The translations under genes and the position numbers were made by a program. From Patescibacteria group bacterium (GTDB taxonomy: Bacteria > Patescibacteriota > JAUYIX01 > JBHPHK01), in NCBI GenBank assembly GCA_042569365.1, contig JBHPHK010000002.1, positions 10,494 to 74,493 of the forward strand: 64,000 nucleotides of DNA, given 5' to 3'. This document shows positions 18,665-28,388 of this stretch, one piece after another. Every line of letters starts with the position of its first letter. Within the stretch, counting starts at the first letter, position 1. The notes beneath the pieces are model-generated. The model was not told the origin of the DNA. It was given only the letters and a program-made list of their open reading frames with translations, and did no database searches.

Positions 18665-19129
18665 ATGCAATACGAAGTTCCACAATTTATCGAAGTTGAA
18701 GATAAAATTATCGGGCCTTTTACTATTCGCCAGTTCTTGACGATGGTCGTAGGTGCAGTGGCTTTGGCAATACTTTATTTTATGCTTCCGATGATCGCGT
18801 TTATTATCATGGGCATCCCGGTCGTGGTATTTGTGGGAGCATTGGGTTTCTTAAAAATCAATGGACGTCCTTTCTATTTTTTCTTAGCACATTTAACAGG
18901 ATATATTTACCATCCGCGGTTGAGGGTGTGGCGCAGAGACCCAACTCTTCCAGCAGTTAAAGCGAAACAGTCTGACAAGGAAACATTAGAGGCACAAGAA
19001 CGTAAAACTAAGAAACTTCCACGGACAGGCATTGAGCGTTTATCATATATTCTCGATCACGCATCTACGGAAAGCTCAGTATATACAGAGGTGGCTGAAG
19101 AAAAAATCCGCCGCGGTGAAGTTGAATAA
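18665..19129 (+). CDS. VirB3/PrgI-family small membrane protein of the T4SS
   Basis: YEVPQFIEVEDKIIGPFTIRQFL followed by two TM helices. Lies immediately upstream of VirB4, as in Gram-positive conjugation loci. Confidence 0.5.
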   Translation: MQYEVPQFIEVEDKIIGPFTIRQFLTMVVGAVALAILYFMLPMIAFIIMGIPVVVFVGALGFLKINGRPFYFFLAHLTGYIYHPRLRVWRRDPTLPAVKAKQSDKETLEAQERKTKKLPRTGIERLSYILDHASTESSVYTEVAEEKIRRGEVE

Positions 19130-19141
19130 TAATTATTTTTT

Positions 19142-19867
19142 ATGGCAAAGAAAAACACAACACCATTAGTACAGACGATGCAGAGTTCAGGTTTAGCAAA
19201 TAGACCAGGCCAAAAGCAGAGTACTCAGATGTATCTGGATGTCCAAGAGATCCGTGAAGGTACGGTTGTCTTAAAGGATGGCGCATTAAGATCTGTTCTG
19301 TTGGTATCCAGTATGAACTTTGCTCTGAAGTCTTATGAAGAGCAGGAAGCTATAATTCTTGGCTATCAGGGTTTCTTGAACTCTTTGGATTTCCCGATTC
19401 AGATAGTTATGCAATCCCGTGTCTTAGACATTACTGAATACATCGCGAAGCTAGCAGAGCTTGAAAAACAACAATCCAACGAGCTGTTGCGCATCCAAAC
19501 CGCTTCCTACGGAGAATATATTGGTGAGCTTGTGAAGATCTCCAATATCATGAATAAGAACTTTTATATAGTGGTTTCGTTTTCTCCAGTTGGCGCCAAG
19601 AAGGATTCATTTTTTGGTCGTCTCGGTAAGATTATGAATCCAACGCGCGTCATTAAGCAGGAGGCGCAAAAATTTGCCGAATATAAAAGCCAGTTAGAGC
19701 AACGAGTAATGCAAGTGCAGGGAGGACTAGGAGCAGTTGGACTGAAATCGTTAGCCTTAGGAACCCAGGAATTAATCGAGCTGCTTTATCAAAGTTATAA
19801 CACCGAAAATGTTGGGCAAAAGAGCCTGCCAGATATCGGTGAATTAGATTTAGATCAGACAAGCTAA
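19142..19867 (+). CDS. VirB4/TraC-family N-terminal domain, encoded as a separate ORF
   Basis: LDVQEIREGTVVLKDGALRSVLLVSSMNFALKSYEEQEAIILGYQGFLNSLDFPIQI resembles the CagE/TrbE/VirB N-terminal region. Stops 5 nt before the VirB4 ATPase ORF, which is in a different frame. Confidence 0.5.
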   Translation: MAKKNTTPLVQTMQSSGLANRPGQKQSTQMYLDVQEIREGTVVLKDGALRSVLLVSSMNFALKSYEEQEAIILGYQGFLNSLDFPIQIVMQSRVLDITEYIAKLAELEKQQSNELLRIQTASYGEYIGELVKISNIMNKNFYIVVSFSPVGAKKDSFFGRLGKIMNPTRVIKQEAQKFAEYKSQLEQRVMQVQGGLGAVGLKSLALGTQELIELLYQSYNTENVGQKSLPDIGELDLDQTS

Positions 19868-19872
19868 AATAT

Positions 19873-21759
19873 ATGGCTATTTTCAACCGCAACAATCAAA
19901 CAAATCAACAAGCCGGCGTAGTGCCGCCGGCAACTGCTGCTCCTCAGCAAGTAGTAGCTCCAGGTCAAGAGGAGCTAGAGGTTACGCGTGAGCGTGAAAT
20001 TCTTGAAGCAGAGCGCGTTTACCGTGAGGGCATCGCAACCGTCAAGGATATTATCGCGCCTTCTGCAATGAAGGTGTCTGCTGACAAGATCCAAGTCGGA
20101 GATCATCTAGCACGCACACTTTTTGTATATACATACCCGCGCTTTTTGCAGGTCGGATGGCTTTCACCGATCGTCAATATGAATCAGGCGATGGATATCT
20201 CTATGTTTGTTTATCCTGTTTCGTCTGAGAAGATTTTGAAAACCTTGCGTAAGCGGGCCGCACAAATCTCTTCACAAATAAGAATGGATGCTGAAAAAGG
20301 AAAAGTTCGTGATCCTCTGATCGAATCTGCTCAGGAAAACGTTGAGGTGTTGCGCGACCAGTTGATCCAAGGCACAGAACACCTTTATAAATACGCACTG
20401 TACATTACTCTTTATTCTAAGACTGAAGAAGGACTTGATGAGCTCACTGCTGAGATCGAATCTATTTTGGGTGCGCGCATGATTTTGACGAAGCATACTT
20501 CGTTCCAGATGGAACAAGGTTTCAATTCAACATTGCCACTTGGAAATGATGAGCTTGCGGTAACGAACAACATGAACACATCGCCGCTTGCCACATCTTT
20601 CCCATTCATTTCATCAGAACTCACAAGTAATGACGGAATCTTGTACGGCATCAATCGCCACAACAATAGTCTGATTCTTTTTGATCGCTTTAGCTTGGAG
20701 AATGCTAATTCCGTTATCTTCGCTAAATCAGGTGCTGGTAAAAGTTATACGACCAAGCTTGAGGTGTTGCGCAGCATGATGCTGGGAAGCGATGTGATTA
20801 TTATTGACCCAGAAAATGAATATGAACACATGGCGGCAACGGTTGACGGCGCATATTTGAATATTTCATTGGCTTCAGAAAACAGGCTTAATCCATTTGA
20901 CTTGCCGCGTGAAAGCGATGAGCAAAATGCAGATGTCATCCGTGGCGCCGTAACGAACGTGAAAGGCTTGATCAATCTTATGCTCGGGACTCTCAATGCT
21001 GAGGAAGATTCGATTATGGATCGTGCTCTCTTGGAGACATATGCTAAGAAAGACATCAATGAAAATAGTGATCTACGCACAGTAGAATTTCCGACGATGC
21101 AGGACTTGGCCGAGGTCTTAGAGGGTATTGAAGGCGCCGAGAACCTTCTCATTCGCATTAAGAAATACACCGAAGGTACTTTCTCCGGTCTTCTCAATAA
21201 TCCAACCAATGTTGATCTGCGCAGGCAGCTGATCGTATTTAATATTCGTGATCTAGAGGAAGAATTGAGGCCGATTGGAATGTATCTGATCTTAAACTAT
21301 ATCTGGAATATAGTTCGCCAGGAACTTAAGAAACGCATTCTAATCATCGATGAGGCCTGGATTATGATGCAAAATGATGACTCAGCTCGTTTCCTATTTG
21401 GTATGGCAAAACGCGCTCGTAAATATTTCTTGGGAGTAACCACGATCAGCCAGGATGTCTCAGACTTCTTGGCATCGCGTTATGGCAGAGCGGTGGTATC
21501 CAACTCCTCACTTCAATTGCTGTTGAAACAGTCGCCTTCAACAGTCGATCTGATTCAAGAAGTCTTCCATTTGACGGATGAAGAAAAATTCCTGCTTCTC
21601 GAAAGCGATGTCGGAGAGGGGATATTCTTTGCAGGTCTAAAACATGCCGCGATTCACATTGTCGCGTCTTACTCAGAAGACCAAATTATTACTAGTGATC
21701 CAAGACAATTATTACAAATTGAAGATGCCAAACGAGAATTTGCCGAAGCGCAAGGCTAG
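19873..21759 (+). CDS. VirB4-like T4SS ATPase (central and C-terminal AAA domains)
   Basis: Walker A FAKSGAGKSYTTK, Walker B ILIIDEAW, and the C-terminal motif TISQDVSDFL. Confidence 0.85.
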   Translation: MAIFNRNNQTNQQAGVVPPATAAPQQVVAPGQEELEVTREREILEAERVYREGIATVKDIIAPSAMKVSADKIQVGDHLARTLFVYTYPRFLQVGWLSPIVNMNQAMDISMFVYPVSSEKILKTLRKRAAQISSQIRMDAEKGKVRDPLIESAQENVEVLRDQLIQGTEHLYKYALYITLYSKTEEGLDELTAEIESILGARMILTKHTSFQMEQGFNSTLPLGNDELAVTNNMNTSPLATSFPFISSELTSNDGILYGINRHNNSLILFDRFSLENANSVIFAKSGAGKSYTTKLEVLRSMMLGSDVIIIDPENEYEHMAATVDGAYLNISLASENRLNPFDLPRESDEQNADVIRGAVTNVKGLINLMLGTLNAEEDSIMDRALLETYAKKDINENSDLRTVEFPTMQDLAEVLEGIEGAENLLIRIKKYTEGTFSGLLNNPTNVDLRRQLIVFNIRDLEEELRPIGMYLILNYIWNIVRQELKKRILIIDEAWIMMQNDDSARFLFGMAKRARKYFLGVTTISQDVSDFLASRYGRAVVSNSSLQLLLKQSPSTVDLIQEVFHLTDEEKFLLLESDVGEGIFFAGLKHAAIHIVASYSEDQIITSDPRQLLQIEDAKREFAEAQG

Positions 21760-22258
21760 CTACAAAATTGCGCTCAATATCTTAATAATAGTCGTCATTG
21801 TGGCGGGTGTTTTTTGGATCGGTAGTTATTGGATGCAAATGCCGACCGCTTCACTTATGAGCGGCAAGGTTGCTGAAGAAGAAACGATTGAAATGGTCAA
21901 AACTAAAGCACAACAAATAGTCGAGCTTTATTATACATATTCAGCAGGCGATAGTCCGATGTTGCTGCAGAGTCTCCAGACAAGCGCCACAACAAATGCG
22001 AAAAAACAAATCGCAGAGCTCATTGAAACAAGAAAAGAAACGCAAGGCGGCTTTGTGCAGGTAGCAACAGTAAATGAAACCACTGACGTAAACATTCGGG
22101 AGCGTGCCGCAGCCCTCGATTACACTTTGAAGATTCAACATTATCGTCTCGGTGCAGAAGTCCAGGAGCAAGAAATTTCTGCAACCATTCGTCTAGTTAA
22201 TGAGGATGGTGTTTGGCTTCTTGCCGCTCTTTCCCCCAGTGAAATAACATGGCCTTAG
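21725..22258 (+). CDS. Small bitopic protein: N-terminal TM plus a ~140-aa extracytoplasmic domain; possibly a VirB8-like component
   Basis: Start re-set to MPNENLPKRK... at 21725 (the track ORF starts at 21644). TM IALNILIIVVIVAGVFWIG. Overlaps the VirB4 end by 35 nt. The VirB8 assignment rests only on architecture and position. Confidence 0.35.
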   Translation: MPNENLPKRKASYKIALNILIIVVIVAGVFWIGSYWMQMPTASLMSGKVAEEETIEMVKTKAQQIVELYYTYSAGDSPMLLQSLQTSATTNAKKQIAELIETRKETQGGFVQVATVNETTDVNIRERAAALDYTLKIQHYRLGAEVQEQEISATIRLVNEDGVWLLAALSPSEITWP

Positions 22259-24273
22259 AGTCGCTCAAAAATAAATATTGGATTTTTACAATATTGTTGT
22301 TGGTCTTTATGTTTTGTTTTTTTGTGACTTTGGTGGTAATGCCTGAGCCAAGCTTTGGGTCTACTACAGACCAGGAAAACGATGAAATCAATGACACATT
22401 GAGCTGTAATGGAGCAACGGAAGATAGTCTTGGAGCCGATGCGGATGTCAGTGACTACAATGAGCCGGTTGATGTGACGATAGATGAGGGAAGCGATCTG
22501 ATTGAGTACGATTTTGACGCAGATCAGATCTATGACTCGTCTCAAGCTTTCGTCGGAACGCCACAAGCAGAGATCTTTACACCATCTTATTCATTTCCGG
22601 TGGGCGCAGAGGTATTTCTAAATTTAAACCCGCTCTTTTTCAACTTAACGACGACCAATTTCAGCGATCTTTATGTTGCCTGGTTTCGGGATGACTTTCC
22701 GATGCAGGGCGTGGTAGCGGGTGCAGACTTTTCTACTCTGGAGGGTTTAACGGTAACAGGTATTGGTAACCCGGTTCCAGTCTGTAATTCCGTGAGTCGT
22801 TTAGCTGCGCTTGATACAGACGCAGATGGTCTCGATGATGAATGGGAGCGTCGCTACTTTGTTGATCGCAATCTAGCAGAGTCTATCGAAGCGGTTCTGC
22901 CTGATGATGACTTTGACAGCGACGGAGCTTTGCCGATCAATGCGGTGAATACTGCCGGTGAATTCATAACTGTAGTTCCAGCAGTCTTAGGACAAGATTC
23001 TCTGGATGGAAAATATACCAACTTAGAAGAATACGTTTGGGGCACTGATCCAACCAGTCCAGACACAGACGGCGACGGCCACAGAGACGGGGACGACATC
23101 CTGGGAACGGGTCAAATCCATTTCCTTTATATGAACGAAAAGGAATTCGGTGAGGAGGCTACGGTTGTCCGTGCAACAGCAGTCGGTACAGCTATGCAGC
23201 GCACCTCCAATGACGAGCGTTTGATCAAGATCGACAGTACGACCATAGACATCCTTACTACCAATGAAGAAAACCTGGACGGACACATTATCTTAGAAGA
23301 TAAATATATCCTGCCAAATGAATCGGGCGTGGCTAGATTCGAGCCAATCGGAACCGGGGCTCAGGCGAAGACTCTGGAAATCAACTGGTATGTCGATGGA
23401 GACTTGCAGACGGCGCAATCCGGTTTTTCCCAAACAGTCTTGGACTTTAAAATACCAAGCGATAAAACGACAGGAGATTATCTTGTCATAGCGGCGGCGG
23501 CCACTAATCCAACAACCGGTCAAATATCAAGAATAAGCGAAGTGATCCGTATCGGAGAGCCGATGGTGATGAGTTATCTGGCAGATCAAGCTTTTGCAGA
23601 CGAAATTCTGCCAGTTACGGTTAACTTTTTAAATCCAAATGCTCGCCAAGATTACGTTTATAAATGGTTCATTGATAACACATGGCAGGAAGATATTTCT
23701 GGCCCAGGTCGCAATACACTGCCGCTGGAAATAACCAAGCAAATCGAAGGCGATACTATGGATGTGAAAGTGCAGGTCTTCGAGATCAATTCAAGTGAAA
23801 TGGTCATAGAATTGGAAGAAGAAATTCCTGTTGTAGCGCCAAGTGTGGATTTAATACTCGCACCAGAGAGGCCGCAAGCCGGCAGTACAGTCACAGTTAT
23901 AGCAGACCTGACTCGTTTTCCTGGAAATTCTGTAGAATTTGATTGGACTATTGATCGGTTCGAAGTCGAACAAAAACAAAGCAGTCAAATTAGTTTTACA
24001 GCAGGCGAAATAGGAGCTGAGCATATTGTAGAGCTTGGCGTGCAAAACGATAGAGAACACAGTGATTATGCGGAGGCCATTGCGTTTATCGAGATTTACC
24101 CGTCATCGATCAGTAGTTCAAGTTTTTTAAACTCATCGTTCGGGAAAATACTAGCGCGCCTAAATGTTTCCTCACCTATTCCAATATTAACTTTCTGTGG
24201 CATTGTCCTCGTGATTTTCATAAGTCTTCTGGGAATCAAGAAAGCAACTAATCGTCCTTATAATGACGCGTAA
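22249..24273 (+). CDS. Double-anchored (N- and C-terminal TM) surface protein with TSP3 repeats; paralog 1 of 3
   Basis: N-terminal TM. ENDE...SCNGATED. DTDADGLDDEWERRYFVDRNLAESIEAVLPDDDFDSDG. NLEEYVWGTDPTSPDTDGDGHRDGDDILGTGQ. C-terminal TM ILTFCGIVLVIFISLLG. Confidence 0.7.
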   Translation: MALESLKNKYWIFTILLLVFMFCFFVTLVVMPEPSFGSTTDQENDEINDTLSCNGATEDSLGADADVSDYNEPVDVTIDEGSDLIEYDFDADQIYDSSQAFVGTPQAEIFTPSYSFPVGAEVFLNLNPLFFNLTTTNFSDLYVAWFRDDFPMQGVVAGADFSTLEGLTVTGIGNPVPVCNSVSRLAALDTDADGLDDEWERRYFVDRNLAESIEAVLPDDDFDSDGALPINAVNTAGEFITVVPAVLGQDSLDGKYTNLEEYVWGTDPTSPDTDGDGHRDGDDILGTGQIHFLYMNEKEFGEEATVVRATAVGTAMQRTSNDERLIKIDSTTIDILTTNEENLDGHIILEDKYILPNESGVARFEPIGTGAQAKTLEINWYVDGDLQTAQSGFSQTVLDFKIPSDKTTGDYLVIAAAATNPTTGQISRISEVIRIGEPMVMSYLADQAFADEILPVTVNFLNPNARQDYVYKWFIDNTWQEDISGPGRNTLPLEITKQIEGDTMDVKVQVFEINSSEMVIELEEEIPVVAPSVDLILAPERPQAGSTVTVIADLTRFPGNSVEFDWTIDRFEVEQKQSSQISFTAGEIGAEHIVELGVQNDREHSDYAEAIAFIEIYPSSISSSSFLNSSFGKILARLNVSSPIPILTFCGIVLVIFISLLGIKKATNRPYNDA

Positions 24274-26380
24274 ATCAGTAATCATAAGTATATTTTTAAT
24301 AGCTCTTATCGGAGGGTCGTTTTGGCTGTGGTCGCATTACTCTTATGTAAATGGCGAAACGTGGACTGATCACGAAAATGACGAGGCGGATGTACATGCG
24401 GGTGGTCCACACGACATATTTGCGTGTAATGGCGTTCAGGAAGACATGCAGGCACCCACAGGATCATATAACAATTCCTTTCCGCCAGTACAAGTGGATG
24501 CAGATATTGACTGGGATGATCAGGATATAGATATCAACGAAGACTGGATGTCCGATACTCAATTTAATCAAATGATCAGCGAGGGTAGCTTAAGTATGCA
24601 ATCTCCGCAATTGGACATTGCCTTGAGTCCGGTAGCTCCAGAAGAAGGACAAGAAATTGAAGCGACTGCTGCAGTGCAAATGTTGCGTTCGACAGATATG
24701 GAAAGCATGGATACTTATTTTGCCTGGTCGTTGGACGGAGTTTCAATGATGGGTGTTGTGGCCGGGGGCGATCCTTTAGATCTCCTGCCTTCATCTCTGC
24801 GCGACTCCTGCACGACAGTGACGCGCATCCCAGATACAGATGTTGACGGTGACGGCATGGATGATGCGTGGGAAGAGCGCTATTTTGTGCGCCGCAATCT
24901 GGCGGATTCCATCGCAGATGTCTTACCGGAGGACGACGGAGACCTTGATGGCTTTGCGCCTATTGATCTGGTCAATCTTCAGGGTCAACCATTGATCTTA
25001 ACACCGCTACTGAGCACAGCTGCCACTGTGCCGACAGGCACTTTAGATATTCAAGACTCAGCTTACACCAATCTCGAAGAATATATTTGGGGAACTGATC
25101 CAACAGACCCTGATACTGATGATGATGGATACTTGGACGGAGAAGATATTGCCGGACGCGGTCAACTTTCTCTTAAATTCACACCAACCAAAGGCGTTCA
25201 CGATTTCCCGCCGCATCAATTGCGCGCAACAGTCGGAGGAATTTCCTTCCAAACATTGACAGACGACACTCACGACTCTGAAGAATTAGTTAAGTTAGAT
25301 AGTGATGTCAAAGACGTTTTTATCTCAACTGGAGAGAAGCTGGAAGGAATCCTAAATATGCAGCCGGATATAGCGGCGCCTGGAGAGACGGTTACATTTA
25401 CATTCCAACCTCTTCAAACGGATGCTGATCCCGGAGCATTAGCTTACGAATGGCGGTTTGATGGTGAGCCAAAAACTAATCCTCTGCCATCAGCTGAGAT
25501 ATTTGAGTATCTGATTCGTCCTACTGAGCATGAGCCACGCTCCGCAATTGATGTTGATCTGGAGGTGGTCAATCCATCAACGGGGCAATTAACAACTATT
25601 CAAAGTTCATATTTTGTAGCTGAGCCTATCGATCTCGTGCCGATGGATGCTGACATTGTCCCAGGTTCTAGTACAACAGTTAACACATATCTAATATCCG
25701 GCGCAGATCCGAGCGATTTTCTTTTCAAGTGGTATGTCGATAACTCTTTAGATGAAAGAGCTTCGGGGGTTGGTAATAATTCTTTGACATTTGATGTAGA
25801 AGAGGATTTTGGCGGCTATCATCGGGTAAAGCTTGAACTCTTCGACATTAGTAATAGCCGTTTGGTTGGTAGGCAACAAATTGATCTTCCTATCGCCGGT
25901 CCATCTATTGAGCTAACTTTTATTCCTGAAATAGCACAGCCAGGAGAGACGGTGACAGTCGTGGCTGAGGCTGTTAATTTTCCACGAAATCTAGACACCG
26001 ATCAGGACGATATTAATGATGCTTCTCAGATAGAATTTGTATTTGAGCTTGATGGGGCGGAGGTCGGATCAGACATCAACGCAGCAGGAGCAGGGACGAT
26101 GTCGTTTACAGCAGGTAATGATAATGAAATTTATAAGATAAATATTTCGGCAAAAACTACTGGTGAAGAATTTCAATCGGCAGAGGCGATAGGCCAATAT
26201 CAAGTTGGCGCGGGCCCCATTTCATACGAAACCAGTCTTTTTAATCGTTTTACAGCATCGCTTATCCAGAATCCACGAACCTATATTATTTCTGTGATTT
26301 CAATTGGAATTATCACGTTAATATTCTTTCTTGTCTTGCGCAGTATGATGCCGCGTAAAGCAAATAGAAACCAAACTTAA
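24263..26380 (+). CDS. Double-anchored TSP3-repeat surface protein; paralog 2 of 3
   Basis: IFACNGVQED. DTDVDGDGMDDAWEERYFVRRNLADSIADVLPEDDGDLDG. NLEEYIWGTDPTDPDTDDDGYLDGEDIAGRGQ. C-terminal TM. Confidence 0.7.
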   Translation: MTRKSVIISIFLIALIGGSFWLWSHYSYVNGETWTDHENDEADVHAGGPHDIFACNGVQEDMQAPTGSYNNSFPPVQVDADIDWDDQDIDINEDWMSDTQFNQMISEGSLSMQSPQLDIALSPVAPEEGQEIEATAAVQMLRSTDMESMDTYFAWSLDGVSMMGVVAGGDPLDLLPSSLRDSCTTVTRIPDTDVDGDGMDDAWEERYFVRRNLADSIADVLPEDDGDLDGFAPIDLVNLQGQPLILTPLLSTAATVPTGTLDIQDSAYTNLEEYIWGTDPTDPDTDDDGYLDGEDIAGRGQLSLKFTPTKGVHDFPPHQLRATVGGISFQTLTDDTHDSEELVKLDSDVKDVFISTGEKLEGILNMQPDIAAPGETVTFTFQPLQTDADPGALAYEWRFDGEPKTNPLPSAEIFEYLIRPTEHEPRSAIDVDLEVVNPSTGQLTTIQSSYFVAEPIDLVPMDADIVPGSSTTVNTYLISGADPSDFLFKWYVDNSLDERASGVGNNSLTFDVEEDFGGYHRVKLELFDISNSRLVGRQQIDLPIAGPSIELTFIPEIAQPGETVTVVAEAVNFPRNLDTDQDDINDASQIEFVFELDGAEVGSDINAAGAGTMSFTAGNDNEIYKINISAKTTGEEFQSAEAIGQYQVGAGPISYETSLFNRFTASLIQNPRTYIISVISIGIITLIFFLVLRSMMPRKANRNQT

Positions 26381-26386
26381 ATCCAT

Positions 26387-28384
26387 ATGTCGATCAACTG
26401 GAAAAAAAGAATAGCAATCCTTCTCGTAATTTTTCTGGCAGCAGGCAGCGTCAGTTTTTGGAATATGGATTTTACAAACGCGATTTCTGATCCAGAAAAC
26501 GACGAAGACGCCGACATATTTGCGTGTAACGGTGTCAGGGAAGATGCTTTTGGAAAAGCAACTCAGTCGTCTCTAGACGAGCAATGGCCGCCAGCTCATG
26601 TAAGTGGCAAAAACGTTGTCTTTGACTATGATCCAGATGAAATAGCGGGTCGGGCGATGGCAGAAGTAGACGCACCGCGCGCCAGCATTATGACCTCGAG
26701 TCGCATGGGCCAAAACAGCGTCGATGAAAATATTGCCCTATCAGCCTTACCGCTAGTATTTGATACAACTGAAAATGACCAGGGCGATATAAGTTTTTCC
26801 TGGTCTATCGACGGGACGTCAATTATGGGCGTAGTGGCTGGCGCTAGTTCATTAGATTTGCCAGAGAGCGGGGGAGAGCATTGTAGTACAGTTACGCGTA
26901 CGCCAGAAACAGATACAGATGGCGATGGCATGGATGATGCATGGGAACAGCGCTACTTCGTAGATACTGCCGCCTTCGGCTCTATTGCAGAAGTCTTGCC
27001 GGGTGATGATTATGACCAGGACGGCATTATCGCAGATCAGTTTTTAAGTTCAGACTCAGGTCAAGCTCTGATAAACAGTCCGACAACAAGTGTTGGACCT
27101 CCTGGCGACGGCATATTTACAAACTTGGAGGAATATATTTGGGGTACGGATCCAATTGATGCGGACACAGACGATGACGGCTTTATAGACGGAGAAGATA
27201 TTCTTGGTCTTGGTCAGTCGAGCATTGAGCTTGATCCAACAATATTTATTTCAGAAAGCACTAACAGGTTTAACGTTCGTCTGACAATACTAGGCTACTG
27301 GGCGGCGCGTGACAATGAAAACAATCGCATTGCAAAGCTAGATAGCACCGAAGAAGTAGTGATCGTGAGTGAAGAAGAAGACATGGAAGTTAGCTTGCGT
27401 TTAGAAAATCGAACAACACCAAGGCCTGGTGACATTATTAAGGTACAGGCTCAGGTTAGAGACACGCGATCCTTGTCTGACGTCTTAAATTATCGGTGGT
27501 ATGTAAATGGGGTTGAACAAGTTGATGCTAGCGGTGCAGGAGCTCACATTTTGAACTATCCGCTTTCGACAGCGGTCGCGCCAGAGACGAAAGTCGAGAT
27601 CAGAGTAGAAGCCTACAACGAGACCACTGGCGATATTGCAGAAGATACAATATATTTCCAGGTAGGACAGCTTGTAGCATTTGAATACGATCCCGTTAAA
27701 GTCTTTCAGGGAAATGAAATAACTGTCGGAACAATTTTCCCAGACACAATAGAGAAGGACGATTATGTTTTCCGTTGGACGATTGATGGCATCCAGCAAA
27801 AAACCAAATCTGGTTTAGGCCAAGATGAGATTGAGTTTGTGATAGATAAGCCAGAATTTGAGACACATACAGTTGAGCTTGATATCATTCGCCGCTATGA
27901 TAGTACGGTCTTGGCGACAATTAGCGAGGAAATTGGAATAATTTCTCCAAAAGTAACGCTAGTCATTACTCCTGAAGTTATTGCGCCGGGCAGTACAGTC
28001 ACTCTGCAAACTCTGACCCAAGCCTTTGGCTCGACAAATTTAAAATATGAATGGCAAATAGATGGTCAGGATATAGAAGACGCATCATCAAGTATATTGA
28101 GCTTTACGGCTGGAGAGTCTGGAGCGCAGCATATGGCTGAGGTGGTTGTAACAGATTTACGCAGCGATCATTCTATTTCTGCTACTGCGCTAGCGGACAT
28201 ATATGTCAGCAGCACATCTTCCAACGAGGGGAATAGCATCATTAGTCTAGCAGCCAGTCTGCTTGACAGTGCGCCAAAAGTTACGCTTGCCATTACAGGC
28301 TTTATACTGCTTATGATAGCGATCTTTGCTATACTAAGGAGTGTGAGTGCTGGATCTAAACAAACTTCTGTTAAACAATCATAA
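26387..28384 (+). CDS. Double-anchored TSP3-repeat surface protein; paralog 3 of 3
   Basis: IFACNGVRED. ETDTDGDGMDDAWEQRYFVD. NLEEYIWGTDPIDADTDDDGFIDGEDILGLGQ. C-terminal TM ITGFILLMIAIFAIL. Confidence 0.7.
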   Translation: MSINWKKRIAILLVIFLAAGSVSFWNMDFTNAISDPENDEDADIFACNGVREDAFGKATQSSLDEQWPPAHVSGKNVVFDYDPDEIAGRAMAEVDAPRASIMTSSRMGQNSVDENIALSALPLVFDTTENDQGDISFSWSIDGTSIMGVVAGASSLDLPESGGEHCSTVTRTPETDTDGDGMDDAWEQRYFVDTAAFGSIAEVLPGDDYDQDGIIADQFLSSDSGQALINSPTTSVGPPGDGIFTNLEEYIWGTDPIDADTDDDGFIDGEDILGLGQSSIELDPTIFISESTNRFNVRLTILGYWAARDNENNRIAKLDSTEEVVIVSEEEDMEVSLRLENRTTPRPGDIIKVQAQVRDTRSLSDVLNYRWYVNGVEQVDASGAGAHILNYPLSTAVAPETKVEIRVEAYNETTGDIAEDTIYFQVGQLVAFEYDPVKVFQGNEITVGTIFPDTIEKDDYVFRWTIDGIQQKTKSGLGQDEIEFVIDKPEFETHTVELDIIRRYDSTVLATISEEIGIISPKVTLVITPEVIAPGSTVTLQTLTQAFGSTNLKYEWQIDGQDIEDASSSILSFTAGESGAQHMAEVVVTDLRSDHSISATALADIYVSSTSSNEGNSIISLAASLLDSAPKVTLAITGFILLMIAIFAILRSVSAGSKQTSVKQS

Positions 28385-28388
28385 CCAC

